A stretch of DNA of 64,000 nt from Octopus bimaculoides (Eukaryota): NCBI RefSeq assembly GCF_001194135.2, contig NC_069003.1, positions 12,471,524-12,535,523 on the forward strand. Reading direction: 5' to 3'. A program made the position numbers and the translations under genes. Within the stretch, counting starts at the first letter, position 1. Each line of letters opens with the position of its first letter. Shown piece after piece: positions 1 to 13,185 of the stretch. A model generated the notes under the pieces. It was given only the letters and a program-made list of their open reading frames with translations, was not told the DNA's origin and did not search any database.

Positions 1-924
1 CACATGTATGTTTTTATTTTAAAAGCTTGTGTATGTGTATATATATACGTATATACTTTTTAGTTTTAAATATGCTTGCGCGTGTGTGTAAATCATAATC
101 CAACTCCCCTCCCCACCCTACAAATGGTGCTAGGTACCGCGTACCAGGGACGGTACTGTCCTCAGTATTAATTAGTATCGTGGAAGACTCCTACTGTTGT
201 TGAAATCTTTCAGCCTTTCTATTCTTACCCCAACCTTTACACACACACAGAGTGTTCGACTGTTGATTCTAATATTTCAAAAGTAGTAGTAGTAGTCTGT
301 CCAGGAATCCAATCCGTCAGTCGGGTTTCCAATCACGCTTGTAGCCAAATATTGTTTAACTCCATGACAATAAAGAAAGCATTAAAATTGGAACAAAATC
401 GACTCAAAGGACCCTGAATGTCGTTCACATTTTCATTTCACTCGTTAAAACCCGAGACAACTTGTTCCTTTTCCTTTCGTCTGGAAGCAATCAATGATAA
501 AATGGACAGATAAAATAGCATGTTATTTGCTGTGGATAAATTTTGGGAAGGCCCTGGTTTCTATTAAAAAAAAAAAGATTAAAAAATTCGTTGTAAATAT
601 TAGAAGTGAATTTATAATTAATTCATGCATCAGCGTGATTATTTCATTGTAGTTTTATTTTATTATCAGTAGAATTAGTATTTTTTTAAAGTAGGAACTA
701 CGTTAGTATTAAGAATACAGAATACATTTAATGTATAAAGATGCAAGTAGGTAAGTGTATATTATACACACACACATATATCAATAGGCAAATTTTTTCC
801 AAGAAGCAGACAATCTAGTAGCCAACTACATCCGCAACGCGGTTTCAAATCTGGTTCTATTATTTTCAGGTATGTGACAGTGGTCATTATATGCTTCCGG
901 GAATGGCATGAGGATTCCAACGTC

Positions 925-1100
925 AATTATTTCTGCAATGCCCCCGGGTTGACTTTGCTTTTCATTATTTCGGAGTCGATAAAATAAGTGTGTATATTGT
1001 GTGACTACGTGAAATAAGTACCTGTTGAGCACTGGGGTTGATGTAATCGACTTATACCCTGCCTCGAACTTACTGGCCCTGTGCCATATTTTGAAACAAT
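925..1100 (+). mobile_element. Deu/Nin-like SINE 3' fragment
   Basis: gttgactttgctttcatt..ggagtcgataaaataagt..ggggttgatgtaatcgact..ggccctgtgcc, matching the full copy at 41853. Confidence 0.6.
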
Positions 1101-1111
1101 TATTATTATTA

Positions 1112-1143
<32 letters not shown>
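1100..1143. repeat. (TTA)n microsatellite
   Basis: Direct reading; it is the source of the poly-Leu ORF 1025..1306. Confidence 0.9.
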
Positions 1144-2124
1144 CCTGACGTTAATAAGTCTATTTACTCCACATGACAGACTGAAGGAAACGAATAATTA
1201 TAAAATTATCAGAGGAAGTGTATATATTTCTGGCAAATGCACGTTTTTAAACAAAATGTTGCAGAGGTACGTTTTTGAGGGTACCAATTACAACTATATT
1301 ACTTAAAACTAATGTTAAAAAAAATTAAAAAATTAGTGTCGGATCATTTTCTTTCACCCTCTCGACTCTGTTACCTCATAACTTTCTTCAAAATGCATAT
1401 TTTTTAATGACATTTTGCAGAAATACAGTGTCGAGAATGCAGATGTAATATTAACGTCGGAAATCGACGAAATACTGGCTTAAGTAACCCATCCATAATC
1501 TCCACCAACAAAATCTTTTACACCAAAAATGAAAAATGCCTAAGTTAGGAGGACGTGTTGAAACGATCTGAAATTCCTCCCAAGTCGTCTATTTTAATAG
1601 TTTTTAACGTAATTGTAATTTGTACCCTCCAAAGGATATTTCTGTAGCATTTCATTAAAACTTATGCATTATTCATTAAATTATAAGGTGGGGGTGAACA
1701 TCAGTGAGACATTAATCTGTAATTTTGTCTACAATAGGCATTTTTTTAAAAATGCTGTTGTGGCTGATTGAGAGACTTGGAGCTGATGTTGCGAAGGTGA
1801 TGGCGTCTCATGCAGTATCTCCTCTTAATCATGAAAATATCCATTGTGCGATTATATATAACCAGGGTTGGTTGGAAAAAAAAAGGTATCTGCTACAAGT
1901 GCCATGTTTGTAGGTGAGAAACTACTGTCAGATGTTCATGTTAAAGCAGCCCTTCTCGAAAAAAACAAACAAACAAAAAAAATGACATTAGGAGAAAGGA
2001 GTCCGGTCATGTATATGTACATATAACAAAAGACGTAGTTAGTAAATATATTATAACTATCAATTAACAATGTAACGGTATATATACGCCGTACCGGCAT
2101 TTTAAATTTAGTTGCTCCGGCTGC

Positions 2125-2245
2125 GTCGACCAATGAGAAGAAGAGTTTGTGAAATTTCACCAATGAAACGATAGTCAAGCAACATGTTAGCCAATCAGAA
2201 GCTGTCAGTAGTTTTGACGTCATCACCCACCAGCCTCCCATTCTT
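2125..2245 (+). promoter_or_regulatory. Candidate main stathmin promoter: three CCAAT boxes, a full CRE and an Inr-like element
   Basis: CCAAT at 2130, 2160 and 2191 (the last is AGCCAATCAG); TGACGTCA at 2215-2222; CCATTCT Inr-like motif near 2237-2243; locally CpG-rich. Confidence 0.65.
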
Positions 2246-2295
2246 AAGCTGGTCAAACTAAGCTACGCGTTCTACTCGCTTCATCCGTGTGGCAG
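2239..2295 (+). other. STMN: Putative non-coding first exon of stathmin
   Basis: Follows the promoter motifs, has no ATG and ends at donor CAG|GTATTG (2295/2296). The start coordinate is a guess from the Inr-like motif. Confidence 0.45.
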
Positions 2296-4298
2296 GTATT
2301 GTTGGAGGTTTGTTATTTTTTCCACAATCCTTAATTTATTATATACACATACAACCATACACACACGTTTATACATACATTACAGAGAATCCCTTATGTT
2401 TTTCACTAATTTCAAAGACATACATTAAGAGGGAGAGACAATACAATGTGATGTTACTTTTTTAATTAATATGTCCAACCACTATTTTCTATTCGATACT
2501 TAATAAGCTTCGTTTCTTTATTTTAAATGCGGCATTTTGTAAATATATGCACCTTCAGAAATAATATAACACATACACATATTTTATTGCATATCTGTTC
2601 TAGATCTTTCTATATATATATATATACGACTCTCATCTCTGTCCTACATCCCAGCGCCCTGCTTCCTCTCTAAACCACAAGGCCCTGCCATTTCTCCCCC
2701 CCACTTTATTTTGATGTCGTTGTTACCCACCCTCCTCATTTTCAATACTTACACACACACACACCTTATATATATATATATATGTATGTATATATACACA
2801 CACATACACGTGTGTGTGTGTGCGTGCGTGCGATATGTCTGTCTCACCATGCTCTGAAAATCAGAATGATGAGCAAGGGATATTGTACCCCCACTTTTTT
2901 TTTTAATTTACTATTCCCATCTCCATTCCATTAGCGCCTTATTCCAGCCCCTCCACCCAATCACTTCATTTTCACCTAATTCGTAACCCTTAACTGTTCT
3001 GTTTTCATAATCATTCCTCATCTATAGATGTAAAATTAAACGGGGTGGTCATTGCTGGAAGCACCCCTAATCATAGATTTGTGTTCTGGTTCGGGGTTGC
3101 GTAGGTTTAAACGATAAATGTGTGCTTTCATTTGAAGTTGTAGAAAATAGCTTCTCTTTATTCTTCTTCCTCTTTGGCGCCCTTCTTGTCGTCTCCTTCT
3201 CCCTGCAATTTATGTCTCTGCCCAGAAAGAATGAGGACAGCCTCTGGTGGGAAACCAGACAAACTAGAAATAACAATCCAGTCTTTCTTTTACACTCCCT
3301 AACGTTTTATAAAAATTTTTAAAAAAAGGGACCTTGGACAATGCAACTCCTGATTTATAAAGACAAGAACATTTTTTTCTCTTTAATATGGTCATGTTGA
3401 TCAGCTAAACAATAATATAAACCATATTTTTCTCTGATATTACTTTAATATGGCACCACTATCCCTTTTTGTTTCTGTCCCTTTGCCTGTTTTATTNNNN
3501 NNNNNNNNNNNNNNNNNNNNNNNNNNNNNNNNNNNNNNNNNNNNNNNNNNNNNNNNNNNNNNNNNNNNNNNNNNNNNNNNNNNNNNNNNNNNNNNNNNNN
3601 NNNNNNNNNNNNNNNNNNNNNNNNNNNNNNNNNNNNNNNNNNNNNNNNNNNNNNNNNNNNNNNNNNNNNNNNNNNNNNNNNNNNNNTATCTATTTGTCAG
3701 CACAGTATATCTAAGGGCTAAGGTATGGTATGATTTGAAGGAGTCATCATTGACTGCTTGTATTTTCAGCAGATCTAGCGTTATTGTTTTGGTTGATGTT
3801 AGTGGTTTAATTGCATTTGCGTCGCTGTAAAATCGTTTCCATGGTGTAGAATGACAAACAGTAACATTGAAACGAATGAAATAAAATTAACATGAAATCG
3901 GTGTCGAAAAAGTAAAAAAAAAAAAACCCAACTTAGGAACAACCACAAAAAGTATGGGGAAGATATTAATGTCTTCCCTAGTGTCACCATCTTCCTCTTT
4001 TAATATTCTTCGTCTTTCGTTATCATCTCATCCACTTAATATCCCAATTATGAATACATTCATTGACTATATATTTGTATGCGAGAAAGAGGGAGATAGT
4101 GTTGCTACCACCCCCGCTTTTTTAGCCCCAAGTTAGCAGGAGTCAAAAGCCTTTCACCCCTGATCATCTTTGTTTTTTCTCCTTTTTTACTTTTTATTCA
4201 ATTAGTGAATCTAGGAGTTACTTTTTTTTTAAATAGTTGGCTCTATAGATTATTATGTGTATGTATATGTTATTTGGTTGGCAATTATATGTTACGAT

Positions 4299-4333
<35 letters not shown>

Positions 4334-5199
4334 TTCAGTTATAAAAGCAATTCATCTGATGGGTTACTCTATACCTTTGTATACACACACATACATAGAT
4401 GGGATGGAAAGCAGACGTTGAGTGATGAATGAAATATGTAAAATGTATACACACGCAAATAATAAATACGCAAATGCATTAATGTGTGTTTCAGATATAT
4501 ATATATACATATATATATATCACACACATCCAGACATACACTGACGCTAGTATAAGCCGCTATACCGGCATGTAGTTGCGGATGAATATAATGTATGTGT
4601 ATATATTCATGTCATTTATTTTTTACTAATTTCTCATGCGCATTTTTTACAAGGTGTAATGTATGTCTACGTGTGTACACACATATACACAAGTCATTTT
4701 CTGTGTCCATAAATGTATAATATCTTTGTTTGTAATATACAATTTGTGTATATGGAATATATAATCACATGTGACATTATCATAATGTAATTTATGTGTA
4801 ATTGTATTTGTTTTTTATTTTTTAATGCGTTAATGATTCAGTGATGAAGAGAGTATTTGATAAAGCAACTGTTTACTTCTTGTTGGTATCAGTTTCGATC
4901 CTCAGTCGCCACTCCTTTATCGTCAAAATAAAATGAAAATCCCGGGACTTTTTAGATTAGAGAAAGAGCGGGTTTCAATAATAAACCCCGCCACTATTCA
5001 TTTTTGTGGCATGCTCTCTCTCTCTTCTCTTCTCCCTGCAAACCCCATACAGCTTCGTGCCTATGCAAGACGTTTGTTATTGTACGAAGAGGGGAAAGGG
5101 GTATATGGAAGGAGGGAGGGTTTGTGTGCTGAGAGACAGGAGAAGAAAAGTAGGACATGGTTTAACCGTCTCCGCGAATTGAATTTGTGGTGGTGGTTG

Positions 5200-5320
5200 T
5201 GGTGGGCTGATAATTGCGCGCCATCTCTCTCAAACGCGCACAGACCGACCTAACCCCCTCTCTCTGTTTTCTTTTAACTGCGTCCTCTATATAAATATGT
5301 GCACACATACGTATCAATGT
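5200..5320 (+). promoter_or_regulatory. Candidate second, TATA-containing promoter
   Basis: TATATAAATA at 5288-5297 downstream of a CpG-rich patch (TTGCGCGCC, AACGCGCAC); strong donors downstream at TGG|GTATGT (5746/5747) and GAA|GTAAGA (5783/5784). Confidence 0.35.
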
Positions 5321-8300
5321 GTGTGTGTATGTATATGTTTCTCCCTCCCTCCTGTCATTTAATATCTCTAATCTTGCTTGACCTGTCTATTCTCCATTTT
5401 TCGTTGTCCTCTCTGTTCCTCCTATTCTACCTTATGTATAAATCCCCAACCATCATCTCTCCTCTCTTGTGTATACATGTTTGTTTGCGCGCGTATAGAC
5501 TTATATATGTGCCCACTGATATGTTGAGAGATAGCTAATGGCAAGACCCTTGTGGTTCTAATCAACCTCCATCGAAATCATGTGATGATAATATTATCAG
5601 TTACCGGGCTTTAATGACACCACGTTTTCTCCCACTGAAATCACCCCACTGGTTCTGTCCCTGTCTTCATCACCTTCCGTTCGTGATGGGAGTTCATTTA
5701 TGTAACTTGTAATGTTTATTTAAATTACTTTCGCTTTCGAATGTGGGTATGTAGAGGGGTTTGAAGAGAAGTGTCCTCATGAAGTAAGAACATCATGTGA
5801 CACATTATTTTATTGAATCGGTTGGTTTCAACGGTTGACATCTCATTCGTGACGTCTTCATATATTAAGAATCAAAGGAAAACAAGGAAAAATAATATAA
5901 GCTCCACCGTCTTTACACCTCAATCTAACTCTTTAGAAGAAAAGTATGTTAAGGGAAGATGGTGCAAACTAAATCAGCTTTTGACTTTGGTGACATCGTT
6001 AATAACTATGACTAATAATTATATTAATGTATGATGTAGTATCAACTAATTCCCTGTGGTAGTTGCTTCAACAATACTCACGTCGCTATCTCTTTTACGC
6101 TACGACCAGCGTCACTGCCTCCCATCCACAACGATTGTCTTAGGACACTACTTATGAATGATAACCGTTTCCTGTTCCATTGTACACCCCTTTTATTAAA
6201 TTCCATCACATCCCCAACGCCATCCCCGCTTTCTATGACTGAGTTTGTGTCGTTTGAACTGGGTCTTTCATGTGATTTCTTTCATCTTTACCCCCTCCCC
6301 CACCTCTTTTCTCTTTGGTGGTTGCTTTGACTACACTCGGGTGTGGTAGGAGATGAGATCTGCCGGCAGCAGACCAGGCGAATCATCTAATATAGTAGCA
6401 GTAGTGGAGGTGGTGGCGATAAGGTAGAGGATGGCTCACCGATCAATATTTGTAGTCTGGAGTTTGGATTGAACCAAGATGTTAATTATGCTTTCATCAA
6501 ACGAGTTGCAGCTTTTTTTCCTGCTTCTCTTCCTTCTTCAGACTCAACAACAACCTGGTGATGGGTCAGCAGTTACCTCTTCTCACAACGTTCTGGACAT
6601 TCACCAGACTCGCACTATAACGATTTAACGCCAGTCCTACATCAGTTAAACTCTCCGACTTTCCACCTGTGGTCATTTAAAGAGTAGAGAGGCTGATATA
6701 ATATTAATATTATTATTAATAATGATAATAAAGACAGTAGCAATGTGATGCAGTATATTAAGTCTGGAGGCAAAAGACATGACTTGCTATTTCTCTAAAC
6801 AATTCTCTTGCGTCTTGCCTTCAAGACAACTTTGATGTAACAAGTTCCCAGCTAAAATTCGAATTAGGGTCAGCTAAATAAATTAACACCAGCACACTTT
6901 TAGTAATTCGATTTGATGAAAAATATTTCGTTTAAATTTTATAAATTTAAAATTGTGTTATCCATTAACTTATTGGATTTTTTAAAACCATTTTCTTGAC
7001 CCTGACCAAAATGTTGGTAGGGTCAAGTTGACCTTTAGTTGTTCAATAGAGAGAAATGGTAACCATGTGTATTGCTCAGGTTCCCATTGCTGTATCGGTA
7101 AATGGGTGTGGAATCGCAAGAAATTATGATAGATTATGATTTTTCTTTTTATAAATTTGCATAATTTCTGTTTAATTAGCAGAACTACGAGCCAATTTCA
7201 ATTACATATATACATAAGTGTGTGTGTGTATATATGTATATGTATATATACACACACACGCATATATATATATATATATATATACCCTTCAAGAATTTCT
7301 TCAATGAGTCACGAGGTTTCTTTGGCTCAAAATTTTATTCTCCTCTCCCACCCACTTTTTTTTTCTGTCTAGGTCTTTGCTGCTACAAAAGTGCATTGCC
7401 TATTGGCAGCGGCGTTAGGCTTTTATTGATTGTGACATTGAAAACAGTTTTTAGCTTTTAGTTGCAGTCACATCTCTCTACTTATGTTAATTGTGCAGCT
7501 CTGGCTAGCAGAGAACTGCAGCCTGCTGATGTTTCTCCCTCGTCGTCTCTATCTCTGCCACTAATTCCATGACAGAAGCTTCCATAAATTGTACCGTGTT
7601 ACATGTGTGTGTGTATATCTTGAGTATAGGCTGGTCCTGCCCTGCCAGGATAATGCATTCTTATACTTTATTTTCTCAATTTAATGATGATAATAATAAT
7701 GTTAGCTCATATTAAAAAGTGGTGGGTTGCCAATTGATGGGATTTTATTTTGCGGGGTAGAATTCACTGAATATATTTAAAAATAGCAACTAAAAGTTTT
7801 GACTCAATCTTAAAATCCTGGTTTCTAATTTTAGTTGACAAAATGTAGCCATAGTTGAGTATTTTACATTTGTTTTCTGACTCCTTGGCCTTGCCTATGG
7901 AACTTGATCTTACCTGTGAGATTTGATCTTTGAAATGTTTACTGTGGGTCCTAGTGTTGAGCCTTGTGCCAATGATGCCTTGTGGTCAATGTTTTGCCAT
8001 TGAGACTTAATGCACAGTCAGTTGCTTGTGGGGTCTGATGCTGAGCCTTGTGTCAATGAGGCCATTGCTTGTAGTCCTAATGTCTTAGTACCAGTGCAGC
8101 CTCATACTGAAACCTGTTGCATTTAGGACCTTGATACTTTACCTGTTGTCTGGAGTCATGGATCCTTGGTCAGCTACCACTAGAATTTGATCCATGGCCT
8201 GCTATCAATGTATAATTGTCCTGCATTTACTAATTAAATGATTTCACCTGTAAAATGTTTAATAGTTGACAGTTGTATACATTATTGTGCTGTAAATGAC

Positions 8301-9586
8301 TTAAAGCTATAAACTTTGATTCTCCCATTGGTATGTTGTCTATCATTGTGTGTGTGTGTGACAATATCTGATTGGAATGAGACTAGTGTTGATGTGCTCC
8401 TAAGAATAACTGTGTTGACAATTCAAAGTTGACTCCCAGCAGCAAAGTCCATCTCACAAAACTGAATGCCAACTTTCTCTTCCTTCCCCTCTTCATTGAT
8501 GATTCCTACATTTCTCTTGAAATAGTCTGCATTTTTTTCAACTAATTTTGAAAATAATGAAGAATTTCGTAAAAATAACAGTCATTATTAAGCTGGTGTT
8601 GAGGACATAAACATGACATTTTTGTGGAAGAGGGTTTAATTTTGATCACTTTAAAATGTAATGGTTTGTATGATAGAATGGGGATGGGGTGGGGGCAGTT
8701 TCAGGTTGGTTGCTTTAAAAAAGGGTTAATAAGAGATTATACTTTTGTGGGATGCTACCTCTTGTGTGTTATATGTGAATTGATTGCAGTTATTAGTGTA
8801 AATGTATGTTATGCGTTTGGGGAGTCAAAAACCTCATAAGAAATGTCCACCATTTACCCTCTCTGTGATGAAGATTCAACTATTGCATACATTTAATTGC
8901 GTGTATGTGTTCGTGGTCTGACTAGAAAGTGGTTAAGGTGAGGGTTGTTTGTTGTTCACCTATCTCTACAAATTACAAGTATCACATGAGCTGTCAAGTG
9001 GCAGGAGAGGGGTTGTTGGAAAGAGATTCCCTTTCCTTTTGATTAATTCATGTGTTGAAATGTATGTCATTGGTAATTAAAAAGACGAAGAAGAAAAAAA
9101 AAGAAACTATTTGCTTGTGACAGCCAGCAATATTCCATTGGTTCATGTTTGTCTAGAAACTGACCATATCCTGGTAGTGTCTAGCAGAATGCTTATTCTT
9201 CTCTGCTCCTAAATTATCCATCACTAGGTACGGCAGATTGTGTGCACAGGTCTAAAATGTAAAGTGTAGTTCAGCTGTTGTAAGCTATTTGTCATCAAGT
9301 GTTGTAAAGCTGCATCTACTAGATTTGATGCAGGCCTGCTTTGGTTGTTGCTGCTACTACTACTACTGCTGCTGCTGCTAGTTAAATCAATATGCCCATC
9401 ATTACGTCAGACTTGAGAAAATCTTGCCAACTGCAGCAGCATTACTCATAGGGGCTTCTATTTGTCAGGCTGCAGCTATCCAGCTACATCACTGGAACAC
9501 TTTATAGGATATATTACACTGAGATGTTCAGCTACCGGACTCTCGTCGTGACTGCCTCTTGCTAAGCCTCCCGTATTCTATTTCAG

Positions 9587-9659
9587 CTGGACCGAAGGAA
9601 GACTAAAAGTGAATAGTTATTAGTGCCTTCAGTGTGACTGCTTCCTTTTAACTAAAGAC
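9587..9659 (+). other. STMN: Stathmin exon 2, 5' UTR part
   Basis: Acceptor cgtattctatttcag| at 9586 with a branch-like gctaag near 9561; in-frame TAG at 9621-9623 upstream of the ATG. Confidence 0.7.
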
Positions 9660-9669
9660 ATGTCTGCAG
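9660..9669 (+). CDS. STMN: Stathmin start exon (ATG TCT GCA G = MSA plus the first base of Glu)
   Basis: aaagacATG context and near-consensus donor CAG|GTAAGA; phase 1 matches the phase-1 acceptor at 17304 (G+AA = Glu). Confidence 0.75.
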
Positions 9670-10769
9670 GTAAGAACAGCTTTCTATTACTTTATTATCT
9701 GTAACATTTTTATAATATATACTAAATTTTTCCTTTGACTAAAGAACGGCTGTTTATTATTTATGATTTAAGACACTGTTTTACTAAATGTAAGAACATC
9801 TACTGTCAATGGTTGTTTTATTTTTTAGTTCAATCTGTCAGTCTGGGTGTGTTTGTATATTTTTCAATGATCAATTTGCTATGATTTCATTCAACCAAAG
9901 CCATGTTATTAACATAAAATATTCACTTTTCTCAACCTATTCTTCTCATCTGCCTTTTTCCTTCTTTCTCACCTGTCTATTTTCCCCATTTCATTCCCTA
10001 TCCTTTTTCACTTCTAGTTTCTCTTTCGACTTTTTCTTCTCATTCCTTCTTCTCTTTCTTTACCTTTTTTTTCTTCTTCATCTGTTTCTCTTTCTTGACT
10101 AATCTCCTAATTAACTGGTGGTCATTTTTAAAATTTTAAATGACTAACTCTTTTCATTTCAGCTACTAACCCTTAAACACAATCATTGTTTTAGCTCTAA
10201 TCCATTCTCATGTTGCATTAAATCTTTCTAATCCACTTGTTAAACCCTTTCTATTAGTCCCTCCTTCTGTAAAAGAGAGATGGCAGGTTCTTATTTCTCC
10301 CTCTTGCAAATTTCCATTCCAACTGCAGTAAGCAGCAAGTCTTGAAATAGATTCGACACTGTCTGTCGGTGCTAAGGAATGGTTTTATTGATTTCATGTG
10401 GCTAGGAGTATCTCTAGTCTGCAGCTTATCAAGAAATACTATTGTGGATGGTGAATGCTGATTGTCACCCTGCCGCGGCGGCTATCTTCTCCCACATTCT
10501 ACCATTAACCGGCTTTATCAAGAAATCTATTCAGAAAAATATTTAGCATCTTAGTTCATTAGCCACGCAACTGCCTTTTATTAATTAAAGCCTAGATGTG
10601 AATAGGATTTGAAGAAAATATATATATTGAGAAAAAAATAAATAACATGCATTTGAAATATGTTAAACTTCAGATTGTAATCTTTTTTCAGCTTCTGATA
10701 TTAAGGGTGGGAAACGGTTAAGAGATTGTTGTTGCTTGCTTTATTTTCTTTTTTCACTTTTTCTCCATA

Positions 10770-10950
10770 TAATGTGTGTGTGTGTGTGCGCGCGCGAAGG
10801 TGTATATGTGTGTGTGTGTGTGCGCGAAGGTGTNNNNNNNNNNTGTGTGTGTGTGTGTGCGCGAAGGTGTATATATATATATATGTGTGTGTGTATGTTT
10901 GTGCATGCTAAGGTGTATGCGCGCATGCGAAGGAGTGTGTGTGTATATTA
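10770..10950. repeat. Compound repeat of (TG)n-CGCGAAGG-TGTA units
   Basis: The gcgaaggtgt unit recurs at about 10793, 10823, 10861 and 10927 between TG/TA tracts; 10-bp gap inside. Confidence 0.85.
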
Positions 10951-11339
10951 ATATATATATGTGTGTGTATTTGATAGCTTCTTGGCTTTTTAACTGACTC
11001 ATTTACTAATCAGCTTGATTGGTATGGCAGTCCACACCCACCTCTGTGTGTATCTTTTGTGTGACTTGAAATTTATATTTTTTCATCTCAAATAATTCCG
11101 TGTTGTTTTTTTTGTTCAATTTTTCTCTTGATTTTTTTCTTGTGAATGTTTTTTTTTTCTGTGTATGTGTAAAATTTTAGTCAAAGCTTTTGAGGTGCTT
11201 TCTTTATTTGATTAAAACTGTTCTTTCTAACCTAACAAACTTCTAACAATGATGAAGATAATAATAATTAAGGTGTAACAGTTGTCATTTTGATAACTAA
11301 CCTACTGCTACCTGCCTTTCATTTATTATAGTCATTGCT

Positions 11340-11375
<36 letters not shown>

Positions 11376-12411
11376 CAATGTGAAGCTTCTCTCCACTTTG
11401 CTTGCTACAGCCTTCCCTAAATGAGCATTTCTGTATCTACTCTATATGGGTGAATTAGCTTACTAATTAATAAAACTATAAAAATCCTTATTCACTAATA
11501 ATATTAAGTTCTCAAAGAACTGATCCTTGTCTTAACAGCAGTGTATCATCATTATTATTATTATACTTAGTGTCATTCATTGCAGCTAGGTAGTGGCAGC
11601 ACTTCATCTCATTGAGCCGAACCTCTTGTAACGTCGTCAGAAACTTTCATCTTACAGTGAAGTAGCTCCTCTACTAGTTAGTTTCTGTTGATGATGATAC
11701 TGACAATCAGCATAGTGCTGAGAAAAGAGAAATTTTGCCAGTGTAAATCACTAATTAGAAACGTGATTTTTGTCAGATCTTCGTTTTTCTCAAATCATTT
11801 TGTGGGTTTTTGTTTTTAGTTTTATTTTCTTCAATGATTAATTGATGTTTTAATTTGGGTATTTAAAATATTTTTCAGTGGGCTTTTTTTTACTATTATT
11901 TTTTACTTCAATGGAAACATTAAAACGAAAAGCTAACTAGTTTAATTTTAAATAGAAAAATGTGATGAGAAGATTTTGTATTTTGTTTGTATTTAAGATT
12001 TAAAACTGACTCTCTCTCTCTCTTTCCCCACCCCTGTCTAACTTCTAAAAATTTATTCCTTGCCCTGATAGCTGAGGCTGGTTTCTTCAGAGTGACACAG
12101 ACCCCACCCAGCCATTTGCTATATTAAAAGATGCACTTGTTTGTGATCTCTCTCTCTCTCTCTCTTGCCCTTTATCCTCTCATAGTTCTGCGTTTTTATC
12201 AAACTTGCACATTTGGCTTACCATTTCTCTCCAGAAATTAAGCCTTCATAAGCTTTTTTTTTTTTGCCTCCCCCCTCTTGTCTTGATATCTAAAATACAT
12301 TACATACACATATATATTTCTCTTCTCTTTTTTAAAACCTTTTTCTTTTTTCTTTTGCCTTTTCCTAATCTATGATTATGCCTCTCTATTTAATGGTGTT
12401 TTTTCCTGCAG

Positions 12412-12516
12412 TCTGCAAGTGGATAAGTGGTTTCTGTATATGGGAAAATCACAAAAAAATTCAGCATCAAGTCCATCCTGATCAGCAACCATTTGATGCC
12501 CTTATAATATGGAGAG
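12412..12516 (+). CDS. STMN: Candidate phase 1-1 cassette exon, (V)CKWISGFCIWENHKKIQHQVHPDQQPFDALIIWR(E)
   Basis: Acceptor gtgttttttcctgcag| with upstream cctaatc branch and a long pyrimidine tract; 105 nt and open in the stathmin frame; donor GAG|GTAGAG is weak. Confidence 0.45.
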
Positions 12517-13185
12517 GTAGAGTTAAGATGTCAGCTTTTAGCCTCCGTCTCCATTGTTTTAGTTGCAACTTTTTTATTTTAGAAACTTTCGATGTTGTTC
12601 ATTTATGGCACCAGTTCCCATAATTTTTGTGAAACGTTTGTCATTAGTTCCATGGCCAGTCCATTGCACGATTTAATTTTCTGTGTGTTTTAAATATAAT
12701 TTATATTCAGTTCCTATTTTAGCATTGCATTTTACCATTTTTGATTCCTGCATGTCCTCTTGTTTTTCAGTTTCTTTTTCCTTTAAGTTCTTAATTAACA
12801 CTTGCTCCCAACCCCTCTCCTATCTTGTCTCTCTCCTGAATTCACTCTGGTTTGAAAAATTCCACACAATCCATCAACTGTTGCACTTTTTTTTTCTGCT
12901 TCCTTAGTGACCCTTAGTCCCACCACACATCTGTTTTAAGAGATAAGTGTAAAACCCCATGTTTTAGGCTTTGTTTTTTCTTCTACCTGAAATATTTGTA
13001 GAATGGTGAAAAGGTGAAAAAGTTTTCACTTGACTAACTTGAAAAAAGAAATGAAAAGAAAAAGGCCCTCAAACAAAATTAGCAAGAGCCACAAAAACTG
13101 GATTTTTTTTCTTGTAGAATAAGGGATACATTGTTAATCCCTGAATCCTTTCAGGAGTTTGTTCTGCTAGATTTTAATCCCTTAC

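Noticed and set aside
125-180. Minus-strand CTGAGGA with a short hairpin
   Set aside because: There is no GAAA after stem II, so the core is incomplete.
4880-4912. Minus-strand CTGAGGA-TC-GAAAC hammerhead-like string
   Set aside because: Stem II cannot form and stem III does not pair.
12527-12623. MSAFSLRLHCFSCNFF, a second Cys pair resembling the SCG10 motif
   Set aside because: There is no usable phase-1 donor downstream and the frame stops at 12623.
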